DNA from: Klebsormidium nitens
Taxonomy: Eukaryota; Plantae; Klebsormidiophyceae
Length of the DNA stretch: 64,000 nucleotides
Assembly (NCBI GenBank): GCA_000708835.1
Contig: DF237368.1
Coordinates: forward strand, 16,749 to 80,748
Direction of reading: 5' to 3'
The notes under the pieces are model-generated. The model had not been told where the DNA came from. It made no database searches and saw only the letters and a list, made by a program, of their open reading frames with translations. Positions within the stretch are counted from its first letter, which is position 1. The number at the start of each line of letters is the position of its first letter. Positions 61,460 to 64,000 of the stretch are shown here, one piece after another. The position numbers and the translations under genes were made by a program.

Positions 61460-62130
61460 CGGATCCTCTGATGCTTTCAATCTACCTGATTGGGTATACT
61501 CCTTCCAAAGCCGCCCTTCGCTAAGATCCGTTTTACCCGCACTCCTGGAGGCCGCTGCTTAAGCTCCTGCAGCTGAACGAGTCTCTCGACCTTGGCCCTC
61601 CTTCTCCTAGCTAGCAAGACCCAGACCCGTCGCTCAGGGATTTTAGTGACCGCCCGACCTGCTGACGTCACTGCTGACGTCGCAAGCAACAAGACCGGCG
61701 GCAGGGAGTGCCTGAAAAGGGTGAGCGAAGAATGAGAAGGGTTCAGTCTTGGTCCGCTCTGTTAGGATTGCAGCTCAGAGGAACTGCCTTTCTTTCAGAG
61801 GCGTCAACGGAAGGGACAAGGTGGCTACCGGTCGAAAGCGACAAGAGATTCGTTCAAAGATGACAACTTCAATGCCTTCAATCTTGGTAAATCCCAAACG
61901 GGCAATTGAACTGGCTGCATCGTTCGCTCCGTCCATTTCCTTACTGAACGAACTAGTTACGGCAGAAAGCTAAAGCTAGGTTGCTCTGATTTGAGGCAAA
62001 TCTTCGGCACTTCCCATGCATCGAGATGAAAAATGAACGTACAAGGTAAGCAACAATCACAACCTCAGCTTCAACAACTTTGCCTTCTACGCCAGTGGCC
62101 CAACTTCAAATAGACTGACTCACCGCGCAC
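61460..62130. repeat. Right arm of the inverted duplication (3' flank of ARM copy 3)
   Basis: The reverse complement aligns by eye with about 53900-54650 (see left arm). Confidence 0.8.
61663..61682. promoter_or_regulatory. Near-perfect as-1/ocs-type element TGACGTCA-ctgc-TGACGTCG
   Basis: Two palindromic octamers with 4-bp spacing, positionally homologous to 54411-54430. Function is untested. Confidence 0.5.
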
Positions 62131-62160
62131 GGCATCATGACGATCGCACCTCCGCACTCC

Positions 62161-64000
62161 TCACATCCTGCTCCCTTCCCCTTGCACCGCTTCCTCGCTC
62201 GCTTGCACCTCTTCGCTCGCAGCCCCCTTCCCATTCAGTCCCGCCTCCCCACTTTGTCCCCGCTCCTTGCTTTCGCCCCGCACCCCATTCTCGGCTCCCT
62301 CGCTCATTCCCGCTTCCCCACCTTTGTCCCCCTCCCAACTCCCGGCTCCATCCCCGCTTCCCGCCCCTTCTGCCTCCCCGGCTGAGGGCCCGTTCCCTTC
62401 AGTTTCCGTGTTCAAACTCCCCGCCGCTAATTCTCTCAGCCCGGAGTCCTCTCCCTCCTGGATCTCCGCGTCCGGCAGACTCGCCAGCGTCCGCAGCGTC
62501 TCCAGGCACTCCGGCACCGCAGCGATCCCCCGCCGAATCTCCTTGTCCTCCGCAAAAATGATCAGGGCCTCCAGAGCCACTTCCCGCATCCAGTGCTGTT
62601 TCAGGAGCTCCACCAAGCTCTGCAGCGCCCCGGGGATCCCCGCGATCTTTCTCCGAACCGCCGGATCTTCTGCCAGGTCGATGAGCAGCCACGTGGCGGA
62701 TTCTGGCAACTCAGTAGCCAGGACGCGCACCAGCCTTTCGAGGCTCCCCGGAATGGAAAGAAAGGTCTCCCGGTTCTTCGCATCCGCCTTCAGAACCCTT
62801 TGCAGCATGTTTGCGGCGATGTCCAGCGTCGAACGCGTCCGGGTCGAGGAAGCCAACAAGCGTTTGCACAAGGCCCGGCTCTCCAAAGATGACCGTCCGC
62901 ATCTGACGATCTTCAGACAATGCACGAAGCGCCTTCAGGCCCCACTCCGCGACGAAACTCTTGCCGGATTTCAGCAGGCCGGACAGCTGCTCCAAGCATC
63001 CCGGCGCAGCCGCAATGGCACGCGTCTTCTCCTCGTTACATTGGCCCTCCTCAGCATCAAAGCACAGGTTGTGCAGGATTCTGGCCGAAAGGGCGCGCTG
63101 GACTCCGGTGCACTTCTCGCCTAGGAGGCCTATCAACTCCTGCAGAACCCCAGACCGTTCCCAGAAAGCGCCTTGGTTCCCCGTGAAACACGCAGTACAC
63201 CACAGCGCCTCGCCGGCTGCACTCTGCACGTATTCCCCGGGACCCTTGAAGAGGCGGAAGAGCTTTTGCAGACACCCGGGTGCGGCGCCGATAAGGGGCC
63301 GGCACTCGAGATCCCACGCCAACCTGTGCAACACCAACGCCGCCGATCTCTGCGCCCCATCTGAACCCCCGATGCCCAAAACGACCACCAGCTGCTCTAT
63401 GGCCCCCGGTTCCTCCGCGATTGCCTTCCGGATTCCGGCGTGTCCAGCCAATTGGGAGAAGACTTCGGCGGCCACCTCAAGTGCGCAAGCGGCCCGATCC
63501 GCTTTTCAGGAGTTTGACCAGCCTCTTGAGGCATCCCGGCGTGCTCGCTATGCGCTTGCCCGTCTCCAAGTCCCCTGCGATGCTCTGTAGAACCCCTGCG
63601 GCTGTTAGGATTACTGCTTCAGACGGTTGCTTATCTAACTTGTCCACCAACACAGGCACCAAGTCAGGCACCTTGAGAAGCTCCTTGCCGACGGCTTCTT
63701 CGGCCCCCACAACCCGCAGCGCCTCCAACACGAGCCAGCGAGGTGCACCCCTGTGCTTCAAAATCGTCGTCAGCCCCTGCAAGAACCCTGGCGCCCTCGC
63801 CACCGCCTGCCGGGATGTTGCATCCCGTGTCAGTGCCGCCATCAGCGTGACAACCCGCTGCTGCACGAAGCCGCTTTTGCTGGTCATATGGCTCACCAAC
63901 ACATGAAGCGCTCCAGCATCCACCGCAACAGCCCTCCGCACTTCAGCGTCATCTTTTGCAAGTAACCCCAGCACGTCTGCCGCCTTCTCTAGCACGTCGT
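62161..64000 (-). pseudogene. ARM-repeat paralog, copy 3 (3' part only; 5' end beyond the window), with two frame breaks
   Basis: Three consecutive ORFs (63995-63477, 63475-62711, 62925-62161) are collinear with copy 1 (RQAVARAPG, AAGVLQSIA..TPGCL, GFLDP, TWLLIDLAED, REVALEAL). Breaks occur at about 63476-63484 (apparent 4-nt insertion creating TGA) and about 62776-62839 (+1). Confidence 0.78.

Noticed and set aside
53900-62130. DNA transposon with long terminal inverted repeats
   Set aside because: The arms are continuous with ARM-gene tails, and I found no target-site duplication or transposase-like ORF in the spacer.
1-64000. rRNA or tRNA genes
   Set aside because: No recognisable rRNA segments or tRNA cloverleaf/T-loop motifs were seen by eye; a tRNAscan/Infernal run would be needed to exclude small ncRNAs.

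Overview
Eukaryotic, intron-rich nuclear DNA of roughly 50% GC with GT(A/G)AG...(C/T)AG introns. It most likely comes from a streptophyte alga such as Klebsormidium. This is an inference from the co-occurrence of a true UVR8, a ciliary CFAP97-domain gene and a nucleus-encoded plastid rpl16. The left 38 kb holds compact genes that I spliced by hand: a RUG3-like RCC1 protein, a MYND zinc-finger protein, FKBP12, a CFAP97/KIAA1430-domain protein, UVR8 (11 exons, 440 aa), mitochondrial-type RPL9, plastid RPL16 with a transit peptide, plastid RPS5 and an ankyrin protein. Together with the first ARM gene, these ten genes alternate strand perfectly, and the four tail-to-tail gaps are CATG/palindrome-rich. 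The right 26 kb is an accessory-like cluster of three intronless ARM-repeat paralogs. The two complete N-termini are F-box/LRR-like, and all three copies are frameshifted or truncated. Long non-coding blocks between them contain old direct and inverted duplications and at least 16 perfect TGACGTCA bZIP palindromes, including as-1-type doublets. Highlights: (1) a plastid-to-nucleus transferred rpl16 sits head-to-head with plastid RPS5; (2) two ARM paralogs have frameshifts in the same homologous 21-codon segment; (3) the bZIP-site-studded ARM cluster; (4) duplicated 3' splice site plus exon-start decoys in two genes, one carrying the UVR8 W233 motif. All coordinates and counts were derived by eye and should be re-checked computationally.
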